From positions 127,682 through 191,681 of the IMG/VR virus record IMGVR_UViG_3300049049_000237: DNA of 64,000 nucleotides; one strand, 5' to 3'. The notes beneath the pieces are model-generated. The model saw only the letters and a list, made by a program, of their open reading frames with translations, ran no database searches and had not been told where the DNA came from. The number at the start of each line of letters is the position of its first letter. Position 1 is the first letter of the stretch. Shown here piece by piece: positions 1 through 9,566 of this stretch. The translations under genes were made by a program, and so were the position numbers. Origin of the DNA: a virus.

Positions 1-1262
1 TGCGGATCGGGCATCGAGGAGAAGACCGCGATCGGGTCCTTCTGGAAGCTCTTCCGCACGTCCTCACCGAACGCCTGCTGGACGAGCTGCCACTGGGTGG
101 ACGCGAGGTTCTTCAGCATCTCGTCGCTGACGTAGTCGTTGCCCTCCGACCACGACCAGCTCTCGTTCTTGGCGTACTTGCCGAACGTCGCCTGGAACGG
201 ATCGCGGAAGCCGAGGGGCCGGTTGTAGTAGGCGTTCGCTCCCGTGTGCTGGTCGAGCTCCGCGAGCATCTCGACCATCACGGAGGGCGGGGTGCTCGCC
301 TTCTTCTCCATCAGCACGTGGTACGCGTGCTCGTGGCCGGTACCCTCGTAGTTGCGGATGCGCGTGACGAGCTCGCTGTCGATGTGCGGGCCGTACTCGT
401 GACCGGCGTACTTCTGTGTGGCGCCGCGAACGGGGAGCCCGAGCTCCTCCAGGCGGGCGGCGAGGTTCACCGCGAACTCGCGGCGATCGTCGAGGGAGAA
501 CAGCGAGTAGTGGTCGTCGAAGTAGACCGACGCCTGCTTCACGTGCTCGTACTGATCGAGCGGGTACTTCTCCTGCGAAGGCAGGGCGAAACGCGTGACC
601 ACCATCGCGACCTTCTCCTTCGGGCGGTGCGCGGTGATGTCGCCGCAGTGCTCCCAGCCCGCCTTCTTCATCGCCGACGAGCCTGCCGTGGGCTTCGCGG
701 TGTCCCGGCGGCTCGGCCACGTCGAGATGCTGCCGGACATCGGCATCATTTCCGTGCCGTTCAGGTCCGCCTTCTTCTGCATGTCGGACGTGAGCCCTGC
801 CTGGGCGAGGCGGAAGCCTTCCATCGAGGACTTCGCCGCCTGGCTGCCGTGAACCATGCGGTCCTTGGCCGATGCGAGGTGACCCGCTGCGTCGATCACG
901 CCCGAGATGCCCGCCATCTTCAGCAGGTCTTCGGGCGGCTGGACGTCGTACCACTCGCACGCGCCGACGAGGTTGCGCGCCGCGGTCTTGCGAGCCTGCT
1001 CCGGCAGGAGGTGCGATCGCTCCATGAAGTACATGACCGACGTGGCGAGGTGCCCCGAATCGTGCATCGCGTACTTCCGGACTGTCTCTCCGGCGTTCTG
1101 GGCGACGAGCGCGAACATGCGGTCGGGCAGCCGACCGAGGTCCTCCTGGCTCATCAGCTCCATGTCGAGTGAGGGAGGAAGCTCGGCACCGGCCAGCTTC
1201 GTCACGAGAAGCGACGCGTTCGCGTCGTCGTAGATGTCGAGGATCACGCCCGCGAGATGCAT
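1..1262 (-). CDS. Hypothetical, probably virion/head-associated protein (partial, runs off left edge)
   Basis: Not in the ORF track; read manually as MHLAGVILDIYDD... open to position 3. Two related segments (LPDRMFALV...RKYAMHD...SVMYF and FALPSQEKYPLDQYEHVKQASVYF) recall DUF6582-like repeats; many K-x-A motifs. Confidence 0.75.
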   Translation of the reverse strand, partial: MHLAGVILDIYDDANASLLVTKLAGAELPPSLDMELMSQEDLGRLPDRMFALVAQNAGETVRKYAMHDSGHLATSVMYFMERSHLLPEQARKTAARNLVGACEWYDVQPPEDLLKMAGISGVIDAAGHLASAKDRMVHGSQAAKSSMEGFRLAQAGLTSDMQKKADLNGTEMMPMSGSISTWPSRRDTAKPTAGSSAMKKAGWEHCGDITAHRPKEKVAMVVTRFALPSQEKYPLDQYEHVKQASVYFDDHYSLFSLDDRREFAVNLAARLEELGLPVRGATQKYAGHEYGPHIDSELVTRIRNYEGTGHEHAYHVLMEKKASTPPSVMVEMLAELDQHTGANAYYNRPLGFRDPFQATFGKYAKNESWSWSEGNDYVSDEMLKNLASTQWQLVQQAFGEDVRKSFQKDPIAVFSSMPDP

Positions 1263-1302
1263 GGGCCAAGGGTACGGCAGGCACGACAGAACGGTCAAAC
1301 GA

Positions 1303-1319
1303 CCTATCAGGAAAATGAA
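1303..1319 (+). promoter_or_regulatory. CCTATCA-class putative promoter for replication operon
   Basis: CCTATCAGGAAAATGAA, recurring at 46544, 53815, 55046 and partially at 52179 and 42257(-). Confidence 0.6.
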
Positions 1320-1336
1320 CGCTCTAACGGAGGTTT

Positions 1337-1969
1337 ATGTCCCTCGAACCCGAGGTCGGGAACAATATCGGGCCGACCAACAAGAACATGAACTGCGACT
1401 CGTGGGGAACCTACGAATCGCCCAACTCCTCGCCCACCGCCTCCCTGTGCAACGGCGGTACGCTCGACGGCCATCTGTGGGCCGAGTGCCCTTCGCGCGA
1501 GGACTGCCGCAAGGAGCGTAACCAGCGAGTGCTCGCAGATGCGCGAGCTCGCTCGGGACGCACGCATCTGCCCACGGTCTCGCCGGCATCGCAGGTACGC
1601 TTCGTCGGAGGGCAGACGCAGCGCCCGTTCTCTGGTACCACCTCTTCTCCCGCAGCAACGACCATCCCCCAGCGCCCGGTGGGGGTACCCGCCCAGATCC
1701 ACAAGGCCGAATCCGGCAACCCCTACATCGACACGCCTCGCGTGCTCGCGCCTACGCGGCCGGGCATGCACTCGCCCACGTTCCTGCCGAACAAGAAGGA
1801 GCACTGGGCAACCCGCCTCTTCAAGAACATGGTCCAGGGCGCGTTCAACGCGTTCGGCTGGCACATCCACGACCTCACGCAGCACGTCGACCTCTTCCCC
1901 TATCAGGACGACGAGCAGCACATCCTGCCCCCTTCCACGCCTCCCGCGGAGGATAACGAGAAGAGATGA
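1337..1969 (+). CDS. Hypothetical protein with Cys-rich N-terminus
   Basis: GGAGG SD, ATG, stop overlaps next start (ATGA). Confidence 0.75.
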   Translation: MSLEPEVGNNIGPTNKNMNCDSWGTYESPNSSPTASLCNGGTLDGHLWAECPSREDCRKERNQRVLADARARSGRTHLPTVSPASQVRFVGGQTQRPFSGTTSSPAATTIPQRPVGVPAQIHKAESGNPYIDTPRVLAPTRPGMHSPTFLPNKKEHWATRLFKNMVQGAFNAFGWHIHDLTQHVDLFPYQDDEQHILPPSTPPAEDNEKR

Positions 1970-3357
1970 AGTTCGTACTTCGTGATCCCCAGACCGCGTA
2001 CCTCGATACGTGGCTCTGGCTCCCGAAGATGTACTGGAGCGTCGGCCAGCTACAGGCGGCGCTCCGGTACGAGAACCCCAGGACGGGTGACCTGCTCGAC
2101 GTCTTTCACGAGGCGGCCGAGCACTACAAGGTTCCCCGCAACTTCCTGTCCTGGGAGACTCTCGGGAAGCTGCCGTACCCCGTGGTCGACAGCCGGTTCA
2201 CCGACTTCCCTCGCGTCGAGTTCACGAGCAAGGTCGTGCTCGACGCGAAGGAGCCGTCGAAGACCTACCAGCGAGATGGCTCACAAGCTCTTCTTTCGGT
2301 ATGGGACGGCATCCTCACCCTGCGCTGCGGGGCAGGGAAGACAGTCGTTGGACTACACACGGCTGCGCAGAACAAGAACCCCATCCTCATCGTCGTGCAG
2401 GACAAGGGCCTCGCACGGCAGTGGATGGAAGAGATCGAAGAGTTCCTGGGCATCCCAGCCAAAGAGGTGGGACGCGTCGGCGGCGACAAGTCGCCGTTCG
2501 ACTGGGAGAAGAAGATCTGCGTCGCGATCGTGAACACGCTCGCGATACGTGTGCAGGAAGGAACGCTGCCGCCGGAGATGACCCGGCACTTCGGCACCAT
2601 CCTGCTGGACGAGGCGCACACGATGGGCGCTCCGTTCTTCAACACGGCCATCCCGCCGTTCCACGGCAGGCGTTGGGGACTGAGCGCGACCCCGACGCGC
2701 GAGGACGGGTTCGACTCGCTCCTCCAGTACACGATGGGCGACGTCGTGTACGAGTATCTGATGCCGGACCTGAAGCCCACCGTCTTCTTTCGGTCCCTCC
2801 CGACGATCTTGAACACGACCGACAAGCGGGTGAAGGAAGCGACCCACGACTCGACGGGCATGCTCCACTTCGGGAAGCTCTACGACTACTTCGCGTCGCT
2901 CGACCGCCGAGTCACCACGATCGCGAACGACGTGAAGATCTCCCTGAACGACGGACGCCAGGTCCTCATCCTCACGCACAGCCGAGCGATGTGTGAAGCG
3001 CTGGCTGCGAAGCTGCCTGGGGCAGGCGTGGTGCACGGCGACGTGGGAGAGCTCGAACGGCTCAAGCGCATCAGGAACTGCAACCCCGTCATCGCGATCA
3101 TGAGACTGGGCAAGCAGGCGCTGAACAAGCCCAGCCTCGACACGTTGTTCATCTGCGAGCCCTTCCGGAAGGAAGCGATGCTCCAGCAGTGCATCGGCCG
3201 CATCTTGCGCAACTACGGCGGCAAAAAGTCGCCGAGTGCGGTCTTCTACGAGGACACGCAGATCGAGCCGATGTTCAAGCTCTGCAACAAGATCCGACGA
3301 AGCCTCTACTACTGGCCCGCCAAGAAGGGCGGCCGGATCCCGTACTTCGACAAGTGA
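1966..3357 (+). CDS. Superfamily 2 DNA helicase (UvsW/ResIII-like)
   Basis: Motifs CGAGKT, LLDEAH, LSATP, QCIGRILR. Confidence 0.92.
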   Translation: MKFVLRDPQTAYLDTWLWLPKMYWSVGQLQAALRYENPRTGDLLDVFHEAAEHYKVPRNFLSWETLGKLPYPVVDSRFTDFPRVEFTSKVVLDAKEPSKTYQRDGSQALLSVWDGILTLRCGAGKTVVGLHTAAQNKNPILIVVQDKGLARQWMEEIEEFLGIPAKEVGRVGGDKSPFDWEKKICVAIVNTLAIRVQEGTLPPEMTRHFGTILLDEAHTMGAPFFNTAIPPFHGRRWGLSATPTREDGFDSLLQYTMGDVVYEYLMPDLKPTVFFRSLPTILNTTDKRVKEATHDSTGMLHFGKLYDYFASLDRRVTTIANDVKISLNDGRQVLILTHSRAMCEALAAKLPGAGVVHGDVGELERLKRIRNCNPVIAIMRLGKQALNKPSLDTLFICEPFRKEAMLQQCIGRILRNYGGKKSPSAVFYEDTQIEPMFKLCNKIRRSLYYWPAKKGGRIPYFDK

Positions 3358-3368
3358 GAGACAGGAAC

Positions 3369-3893
3369 ATGGACATCATCAACAAGAGCAGCGTGCAGGA
3401 CACCCTTCCTTCGATCGAGATGTGGACCGGGCTGGAGCGACCGCGCCTCAGGCTCTCCGACTCGGATGCCGTGTTGCGTGTGCACATCAACCCGGCAGAC
3501 CGCGAGTACCGCTGGCTTGATCACGTCGTCCTGCTGCCCTGGTTCGCGCCGCAGCGCGTTCTCGGCTTCGTCCACCCGAGGATGATGGAGAAGGTGGGCC
3601 AGGAGCCGTTCATGCTGCACGCCGCATGCATGTACAACGCGAACCACGCGCTCCAGCCGGTGAACGGCAACCAGATGCGCGTCGTGGAGGGGCCGAAGAT
3701 CACGCTGCCCTACGACCTCATCGATCCGATGAACATCCGCATCTACCGCTGCCCGTCGGCCATCTTCCTCGCCGACCAGTCGCCGCGGACGCGTGAGGTG
3801 TTCGCGGCGATGCTCATCCAGGTCCTCGCCCCGACGCAGATCGAGCTCGCGGACCCCGGGAAGGTGCCGCCCCAGCGGGGTCAGCGCGGATGA
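3369..3893 (+). CDS. Hypothetical protein
   Basis: AGGA SD then ATG (MDIINKSS...), coupled to next gene. Confidence 0.75.
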   Translation: MDIINKSSVQDTLPSIEMWTGLERPRLRLSDSDAVLRVHINPADREYRWLDHVVLLPWFAPQRVLGFVHPRMMEKVGQEPFMLHAACMYNANHALQPVNGNQMRVVEGPKITLPYDLIDPMNIRIYRCPSAIFLADQSPRTREVFAAMLIQVLAPTQIELADPGKVPPQRGQRG

Positions 3894-4627
3894 CCGACGA
3901 GGCGCGCTCGAAGAGAAACCTGACCGTGCTCTCCGAGCAGTGGCACGGATGCACGCGCTGCGAGCTGTCGAAGACCCGAGAAGGTCCCGACATCTTCTTC
4001 GGGTTCGGAGAAGCGCAGCCTCGCGTACTCGTCATCGGCTCGACGCCCACCGCTGCGGACGAGTATGGGAACGCGATGTTCGCGGGGGATGAGGGGGATC
4101 TTCTTCTGCACCTGTTGAGAGAAGAAGCCAACATCCCGACCGAGGACTGCTTCTTCACGTACGCCGTCTCGTGCCGCCCGAAGGTGTTCATCCCCGCGAC
4201 GGAGGATGAGCCCGAGCGCATCGAGAACAGGCCGCCCTCGAAGGAGGAGCTCGTGGCGTGTCGCCCGCGCCTGTACGAGATCCTCTACCAGACCGACCCT
4301 CGCGCGATCGTCACCGTCGGCGAGGTCGCAACGAAGGCGGTCGTGCGGGGACGACTGCCGAAGTTCGTCGAGGCCGTCGACAAGCAGTACCAGTGCGTGC
4401 TGTTCCCCGCGACGAAGGAAGACCACGAGGACAACAAGGTGACGGGCAAGGCCCGCTACCAGCCGCTCGTCTATCCGGTCTTCCCGATCCCCGACATGAA
4501 CACGATCATCAACAATCCGAGCACCGCTGAACATGGTCCTTACCGCCTCGCGGTGAAGATCCTCAAGAAGGTGCAGGACTACACGAAGTTCGTAATCGAA
4601 AACGAAGAGCACACGATGAGGGGCTGA
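3890..4627 (+). CDS. Uracil-DNA glycosylase family 4-like Fe-S protein with divergent active site
   Basis: CTRCEL, FGFG, VIGSTP, SCRP, ACRPRL layout matches family-4 UDG with four Cys ligands. Confidence 0.85.
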   Translation: MTDEARSKRNLTVLSEQWHGCTRCELSKTREGPDIFFGFGEAQPRVLVIGSTPTAADEYGNAMFAGDEGDLLLHLLREEANIPTEDCFFTYAVSCRPKVFIPATEDEPERIENRPPSKEELVACRPRLYEILYQTDPRAIVTVGEVATKAVVRGRLPKFVEAVDKQYQCVLFPATKEDHEDNKVTGKARYQPLVYPVFPIPDMNTIINNPSTAEHGPYRLAVKILKKVQDYTKFVIENEEHTMRG

Positions 4628-5058
4628 TGTCCAAGCAGACCGCATTCGCAGCGAAGACCGCATACGAGCAGGCCCTGGCCCAGTACGAGGCGTTCCGCGC
4701 GGAGCACGCCGACGTCTTCGAGGAGCACGACCATCTCGCCGTCGCCCTCCAGGAGGCGTTCGACGCGATGAAGAACGAGTACAAGGAGAACCACAAGATC
4801 CTGGGTCGCCAGTTCGCCGGCATGAAGCTCTCCGTCCCGCGCGAGCTCAAGGTCGACGTTCTCATCGAGGAGCTGGGCGAGGACGAGGTCGAGAAGTTCA
4901 GCTTCGTCAAGAAGAAGCTGAGCATCGACGCGAAGGAGTGGGACAAGGCCGTCTCGGCTGGCGTGATCGATCGCTCGCTCGCCGAGAAGGTCGAAGGCGA
5001 AGGTTCTCCCCGCATCACCGGTGGTCCGCGCTCGCTGCCGACCATCTACCAGCCGTAG
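4627..5058 (+). CDS. Hypothetical protein (helical N-terminus)
   Basis: TGATG coupling, phage-like codon use. Confidence 0.75.
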   Translation: MSKQTAFAAKTAYEQALAQYEAFRAEHADVFEEHDHLAVALQEAFDAMKNEYKENHKILGRQFAGMKLSVPRELKVDVLIEELGEDEVEKFSFVKKKLSIDAKEWDKAVSAGVIDRSLAEKVEGEGSPRITGGPRSLPTIYQP

Positions 5059-5417
5059 TGATCACGGAGATCGTTCAGTGGGTCGAGGCATGGGACGCCG
5101 ATGGCGAGCCCATCCTCGACCTCTGTTACCAGTCCTACCTCACAGAGGAACAGCTCTACATGGCTGACGTGTTCAAGTCGCTCTCGGGCGACGGCAAGGC
5201 GAAGATCAGACGCGAGCTCACCGAGACGCTCGGCGGCCCGCGCTACAGCTCGATCAAGGTGACGACCAGCATCGAGCTCACTTGCGACCAGTCGCAGCCG
5301 GTCATCCGGCGCGCAGCGAAGGAAGCGATGGCCGAGGTGCAGATCCTCAACGAGGAAGCCCTCACGGTCTCGTGGGAGAAGCTCCGCGAGCACATCAAGG
5401 ACACGGACTGGACCTGA
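5058..5417 (+). CDS. Hypothetical protein (alternative start 5160)
   Basis: Fills the operon gap; stop overlaps next ATG. Confidence 0.65.
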   Translation: MITEIVQWVEAWDADGEPILDLCYQSYLTEEQLYMADVFKSLSGDGKAKIRRELTETLGGPRYSSIKVTTSIELTCDQSQPVIRRAAKEAMAEVQILNEEALTVSWEKLREHIKDTDWT

Positions 5418-5743
5418 TGCACAGCGGATTCAAAGGAACGCGTCTCGCGCTGACTTCCATGTCGGTGCGAGAGAACATCATCAACTACGAGATCTCGTAC
5501 ATCGATAGCGACGGCGTGTCCCACGGGACGATGAAGCACGCGCACTCGATCGTCGAAGGTTCGGACGTACACAAGAAGATGGACGAGCTCGCAGGACTTC
5601 TGCTGGGACAAGCCGCGAAGATGCACTTCGAGAGCCCCGCTGGAGAGACCGTGCGTGCACCCGCAGGAGGCATTCGTGGAATCGCAGAAGCTCTGGGCTA
5701 TTCCGGAGTCCCGTCTGATGAGCCTGACGGAACTCCAGGATAG
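5417..5743 (+). CDS. Hypothetical protein
   Basis: TGATG coupling, MHSGFKGTR... Confidence 0.7.
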   Translation: MHSGFKGTRLALTSMSVRENIINYEISYIDSDGVSHGTMKHAHSIVEGSDVHKKMDELAGLLLGQAAKMHFESPAGETVRAPAGGIRGIAEALGYSGVPSDEPDGTPG

Positions 5744-6770
5744 CGTCGTCATCGACGCAGATCATCATCACCCCGACATCATCTTCGACCCGACCGGACA
5801 GCATCACAACATGTTCTTCCGCGTCCTCCCGATGAAAGAGATCATCGACGAGAACGAGGAGAACATGGTCGGGCTGGTCATCGACTCCAACATCGACGAC
5901 CACGTGCTGTACGAGACCCGCGCCCACATGTTCACGCGGTGGAGCCGGCACCAGCTCCTCGCCTTCTTCGGCGCCCGCGAGAAGTGGTTCAGCTTCGTGG
6001 ACCTGGAGCGCCAGGCAGACGAGCTCAACGCACGCGTGGGATCACTCGCAGGACACTGCATCCGCACGATGCGTCCCTTCGACGAGGACTTCCCGATCCA
6101 CATCGTCCGCGGCATCGTGAGCGCCGAGTACGTGGACATCCCGAACGTCGCTATCATGGAAGCGATGGTTGCACGCATGCCCAGTGACGCATGCGCGCTT
6201 CGCTACCACAGCGGCATCACCGATCGGGCGTTCTACGCCTACGTGTTCAGCCCCGACATCATCGCGATCCCAGGCACGAAGTTCATCGCGCATCCCGGCG
6301 CGCTCGTGCGCAACAGCGAGGTCGGGCACACCTCGCTCAGCATCACGCCGTGCTTGGTCACGCCGACCGGGCAGCCCATCGTCGCGAAGGAGCACGTGAT
6401 GCTTCGTCGTGTTCACCGTGGGCGTGACCTCGACCTCATGGGTCTGTTCGAGGGCACCTTCGACAAGTGCGCGACCCTCTGGAAGGGGATGAGCAGCAAG
6501 ATCATGATGCTCTCCTCGAAGACGTATCCGGACACTGACAACGCGGTCGCGACGATGCAGCGGCTGCTGATCCGTGCAGAGGCGAGGAAGGACTTCATCG
6601 CCCTCTGTACCCAGAAGTACAGGAACACCCGCAGCGGCCAGACGAGGCACACCGCCCTCGACATCTTCGAGGTCGTGACCGAGGTCTGCGCCACGTTCAC
6701 CGATCGCGACGAGAGCTACGAGCTCGGTGCCATCGCTGGTGCCGTGCTCTTCCGACTCGTTCTCACCTGA
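5718..6770 (+). CDS. DUF932-like protein
   Basis: RGIVSAEY and VRNSEVGHTSL motifs resemble the DUF932 family; GGAG SD before ATG 5718. Confidence 0.6.
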   Translation: MSLTELQDSVVIDADHHHPDIIFDPTGQHHNMFFRVLPMKEIIDENEENMVGLVIDSNIDDHVLYETRAHMFTRWSRHQLLAFFGAREKWFSFVDLERQADELNARVGSLAGHCIRTMRPFDEDFPIHIVRGIVSAEYVDIPNVAIMEAMVARMPSDACALRYHSGITDRAFYAYVFSPDIIAIPGTKFIAHPGALVRNSEVGHTSLSITPCLVTPTGQPIVAKEHVMLRRVHRGRDLDLMGLFEGTFDKCATLWKGMSSKIMMLSSKTYPDTDNAVATMQRLLIRAEARKDFIALCTQKYRNTRSGQTRHTALDIFEVVTEVCATFTDRDESYELGAIAGAVLFRLVLT

Positions 6771-6843
6771 CGCTGCCCGTACGCACGGTCACCACGCGAA
6801 CCACACAACCGATTGTGGTCCGCGGGACGTGCTTGCGGGCGCG
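6771..6843 (+). promoter_or_regulatory. Long imperfect hairpin in helicase leader
   Basis: GCCCGTA/TGCGGGC, GCACG/CGTGC, CGCG/CGCG, ACCACA/TGTGGT nested pairings. Confidence 0.6.
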
Positions 6844-6883
6844 CGTTTCCTTCTCCAGTATCGCCCTCCCCCGGAGGTTCGAG

Positions 6884-8518
6884 TTGTCGACGATTGCCCT
6901 CGAACTGTTTGCCGCGATGATCAAGTTGGGCGACCTCACGCCCATCCATCGCGGAGACCTGCGCAGGGAGCACTGCACCGACGCCGCATCCGAGACGCTG
7001 TTCGATTTCTGCGCCAACTATCGCCAGATGACCGATGGGCAAGGACGTGTGCCCTCGCTGTCGGTCATCAAGGATAGGTTCCCGCACATCAGCCTGCCGG
7101 AACCTCCCGAGCAGATCGACCTGCCGGGCCTCGTCTACGAGGCGAAGGTCTACAAGACGAAGCTCAACGTGCAGGAGCTCGTCGACAAGATGGTGGACGC
7201 GATCGAAGCGACGGACCCGATCGCTGCGCTACGCACCGTCCGGATGCAGTTCGATCAGGTGATGTCGACGATGTCGAGCGCTACCGACCTCTCCTTCAAG
7301 GAGGCCGCGCTCGACATCATCGACAAGTACCAGCAGGGCAACATCCTGCCCGAAGGTATCCCCTGGCCCTGGCCGTCTCTCCACAAGGCGACCAGCGGCA
7401 TGCACAAGGGCCAGTTCTACGTCATCGCTGGACGACCCAAGTCCCGCAAGACGTTCATCGCCCTGTACATCGGCGCCTTCCTCGTGAAGTTCTTCGGACT
7501 GCGTGTGCTCTTCGTCTCTCCGGAGATGCCGCCCATGCAGGTCATGCTCCGCTTCGTCGCCTTCATGGCGGAGGTGGAGTACAGCGCGTTCAAGAAGAGC
7601 GAGCTCTCGAAGGAAGACGAAGATCGTCTCTACGACGAGATCAGCGGCTTCCTCGACACGCTCGACGGCATCCTCGACGACCCCACGGGGAACACCGAGG
7701 ACGCAGTCGGCTACCTGGGCCCGAACGCCGAGGACATCCCTCGCGGTACCGAGCCCGCCTTCATCGTGACGAAGGCCACCGGTCAGACGGTGAGCTTCAT
7801 CGAGATGAAGATCAAGGAGCACCGGCCCGACGTCGTCATCGTGGATTCGTTCTACCGCATCGGCGCGGTGGGCGCGCGAGCGAGCGACCCGGACTGGAAG
7901 CAGATGACGTCCGTCAGCCGACACCTGAAGGACATGGCGATGGAGCAGGACGTGGTGGTCATCGGGACGCACCAGCTCAATCGCGATGCGGATCAGAAGG
8001 TCGGTAGCATCGCGAACCTCGCGCTCTCCGACGCAGTCGGCCAGGACTGCGACCTCGCGATCCGCGTCATCACCGCCAAGCGCACGACGGGCGACAAGTC
8101 CGCGCTCTACGTGCTCGGAGGCCGCGAGACGGACTGCGACGGCGTGTTCATCCACAACGAGCCGTGCAGCAACTTCACCGAGATCGGTCCCATCGGACCC
8201 GGCATGCGTAAGAAGCTGCTGGAGATGATGGTCGAGGAAGATGAAGTCGACCAGGCCGAGGACGGACAGACCTCGGGCGGCAAGCCCCCGGCGAACATGA
8301 GAGGGGACAAGACGAAGGCAGCAGCAGCGGTGACGGCCAAGCTCAAGGGGAAGTCGTCGTCCGTGTCGAACTTCACGAACGGCAACGGGAAGGGCATGTC
8401 GAACGCGATGCCGAAGCGAGCGGCTGAGACCGTCTCGGCATCGATGGTCGCCGCGAACCCGATCCGTCCCGAAGACCTCGACCCCGACACTGACGAAGCC
8501 GAAGCCGCCGAGGAGTAG
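6884..8518 (+). CDS. dnaB: DnaB-like (SF4) replicative helicase
   Basis: GIPWPW, Walker A GRPKSRKT, SPEM, VIVDS, HQLNR; probable TTG start after GGAGG. Confidence 0.88.
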   Translation: MSTIALELFAAMIKLGDLTPIHRGDLRREHCTDAASETLFDFCANYRQMTDGQGRVPSLSVIKDRFPHISLPEPPEQIDLPGLVYEAKVYKTKLNVQELVDKMVDAIEATDPIAALRTVRMQFDQVMSTMSSATDLSFKEAALDIIDKYQQGNILPEGIPWPWPSLHKATSGMHKGQFYVIAGRPKSRKTFIALYIGAFLVKFFGLRVLFVSPEMPPMQVMLRFVAFMAEVEYSAFKKSELSKEDEDRLYDEISGFLDTLDGILDDPTGNTEDAVGYLGPNAEDIPRGTEPAFIVTKATGQTVSFIEMKIKEHRPDVVIVDSFYRIGAVGARASDPDWKQMTSVSRHLKDMAMEQDVVVIGTHQLNRDADQKVGSIANLALSDAVGQDCDLAIRVITAKRTTGDKSALYVLGGRETDCDGVFIHNEPCSNFTEIGPIGPGMRKKLLEMMVEEDEVDQAEDGQTSGGKPPANMRGDKTKAAAAVTAKLKGKSSSVSNFTNGNGKGMSNAMPKRAAETVSASMVAANPIRPEDLDPDTDEAEAAEE

Positions 8519-8520
8519 AC

Positions 8521-9555
8521 ATGCGGCTCATCGACGAGGTCGTTCGGGACATCTCCCCGAGCGCTCTGGAGAACGCATCCGTCACGGCCGCCTACGTGAT
8601 GGTGAAGTGTCCGTTCCACGGAGGCGGTACCGAACGCACGCCGTCGTGTTCGCTGTCTCGCTCCAAGCCGGTGTTCTTCTGCCACGCGTGCAGCACCGGC
8701 GGCCACATCAGCAGGTACCTCCGCGCGATCGGCGCCTCGAAGGACTACGCCAAGAACGCAGTCGAGAAGGTCGACTACGACTACAGCGAGTTCGGCGACG
8801 GGGCTGGCCGCAAGTCGATGTACAGCGGCAAGGTGAACCGCTTCCGTGGCGAGTTCATCTTGGATGACGACCTACTCGACGGCTGGCGTCTGCGTCCGCA
8901 GGCGCTCTTCCATGCGGGCTTCAAGGAGCGTACGCTCAGGCACTTCGAGGTTGGCGTGGATCACGCCCGCGCTCGCATCACCTTTCCCCTTCGCAACCTG
9001 TACGGAGAGCTCGTAGGGGTCTCCGGCAGGACGATGGTGGAGAACACCGAAGGCCCCAGGTACAAGGTCTACTCGGCCAAGGACCTGGAGGAGTTCGGAG
9101 TACCCGCGAACTACACGACCCAGTCGATCAAGAGCTCGCTGCTTTGGCACGCGCACTTGGTCTACCCCATCTGCTTCAAGACCCGCGAGCCCATCGTCAT
9201 CTGCGAGGGCTTCAAGGCTGCGATGTGGGTATGGCAGGCTGGCCTGCACAACGTCGTCGCTCTCGTAGGCGCGAGCCTGTCTATGGTACAGGCAGAGCTG
9301 CTGGCGAGGACCGCGAGCGACGTGATCTTGTTCCTCGACAACAACACGGCCGGGAAGATCGGCACACACAAGGCCGCGGAGAAACTTCTCGCGAAGAACA
9401 TCACGAAGGTCGCGAAGTACCCGGACCTTCGACCGCAGCCCGACGCGCTCACGGAAGCAGAAGTTCAACATGCCGTGACCGCGTCAGTTCCCTACTCACG
9501 CTGGCGACTGACGAACCGAAAAGAGAAGCGGTCGACTGACCGCGCGAAAGACTGA
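8521..9555 (+). CDS. dnaG: DnaG-like primase (Zn finger + TOPRIM)
   Basis: CPFH...CHAC Zn finger, RITFP, GVSGR, ICEG, FLDNN. Confidence 0.88.
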   Translation: MRLIDEVVRDISPSALENASVTAAYVMVKCPFHGGGTERTPSCSLSRSKPVFFCHACSTGGHISRYLRAIGASKDYAKNAVEKVDYDYSEFGDGAGRKSMYSGKVNRFRGEFILDDDLLDGWRLRPQALFHAGFKERTLRHFEVGVDHARARITFPLRNLYGELVGVSGRTMVENTEGPRYKVYSAKDLEEFGVPANYTTQSIKSSLLWHAHLVYPICFKTREPIVICEGFKAAMWVWQAGLHNVVALVGASLSMVQAELLARTASDVILFLDNNTAGKIGTHKAAEKLLAKNITKVAKYPDLRPQPDALTEAEVQHAVTASVPYSRWRLTNRKEKRSTDRAKD

Positions 9556-9566
9556 GGAAAGACGAG

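Noticed and set aside
64-1284. 406-aa - strand ORF from the track
   Set aside because: Wrong frame (Arg/Pro-rich); the plausible gene is in another frame from 1262 and runs off the window.
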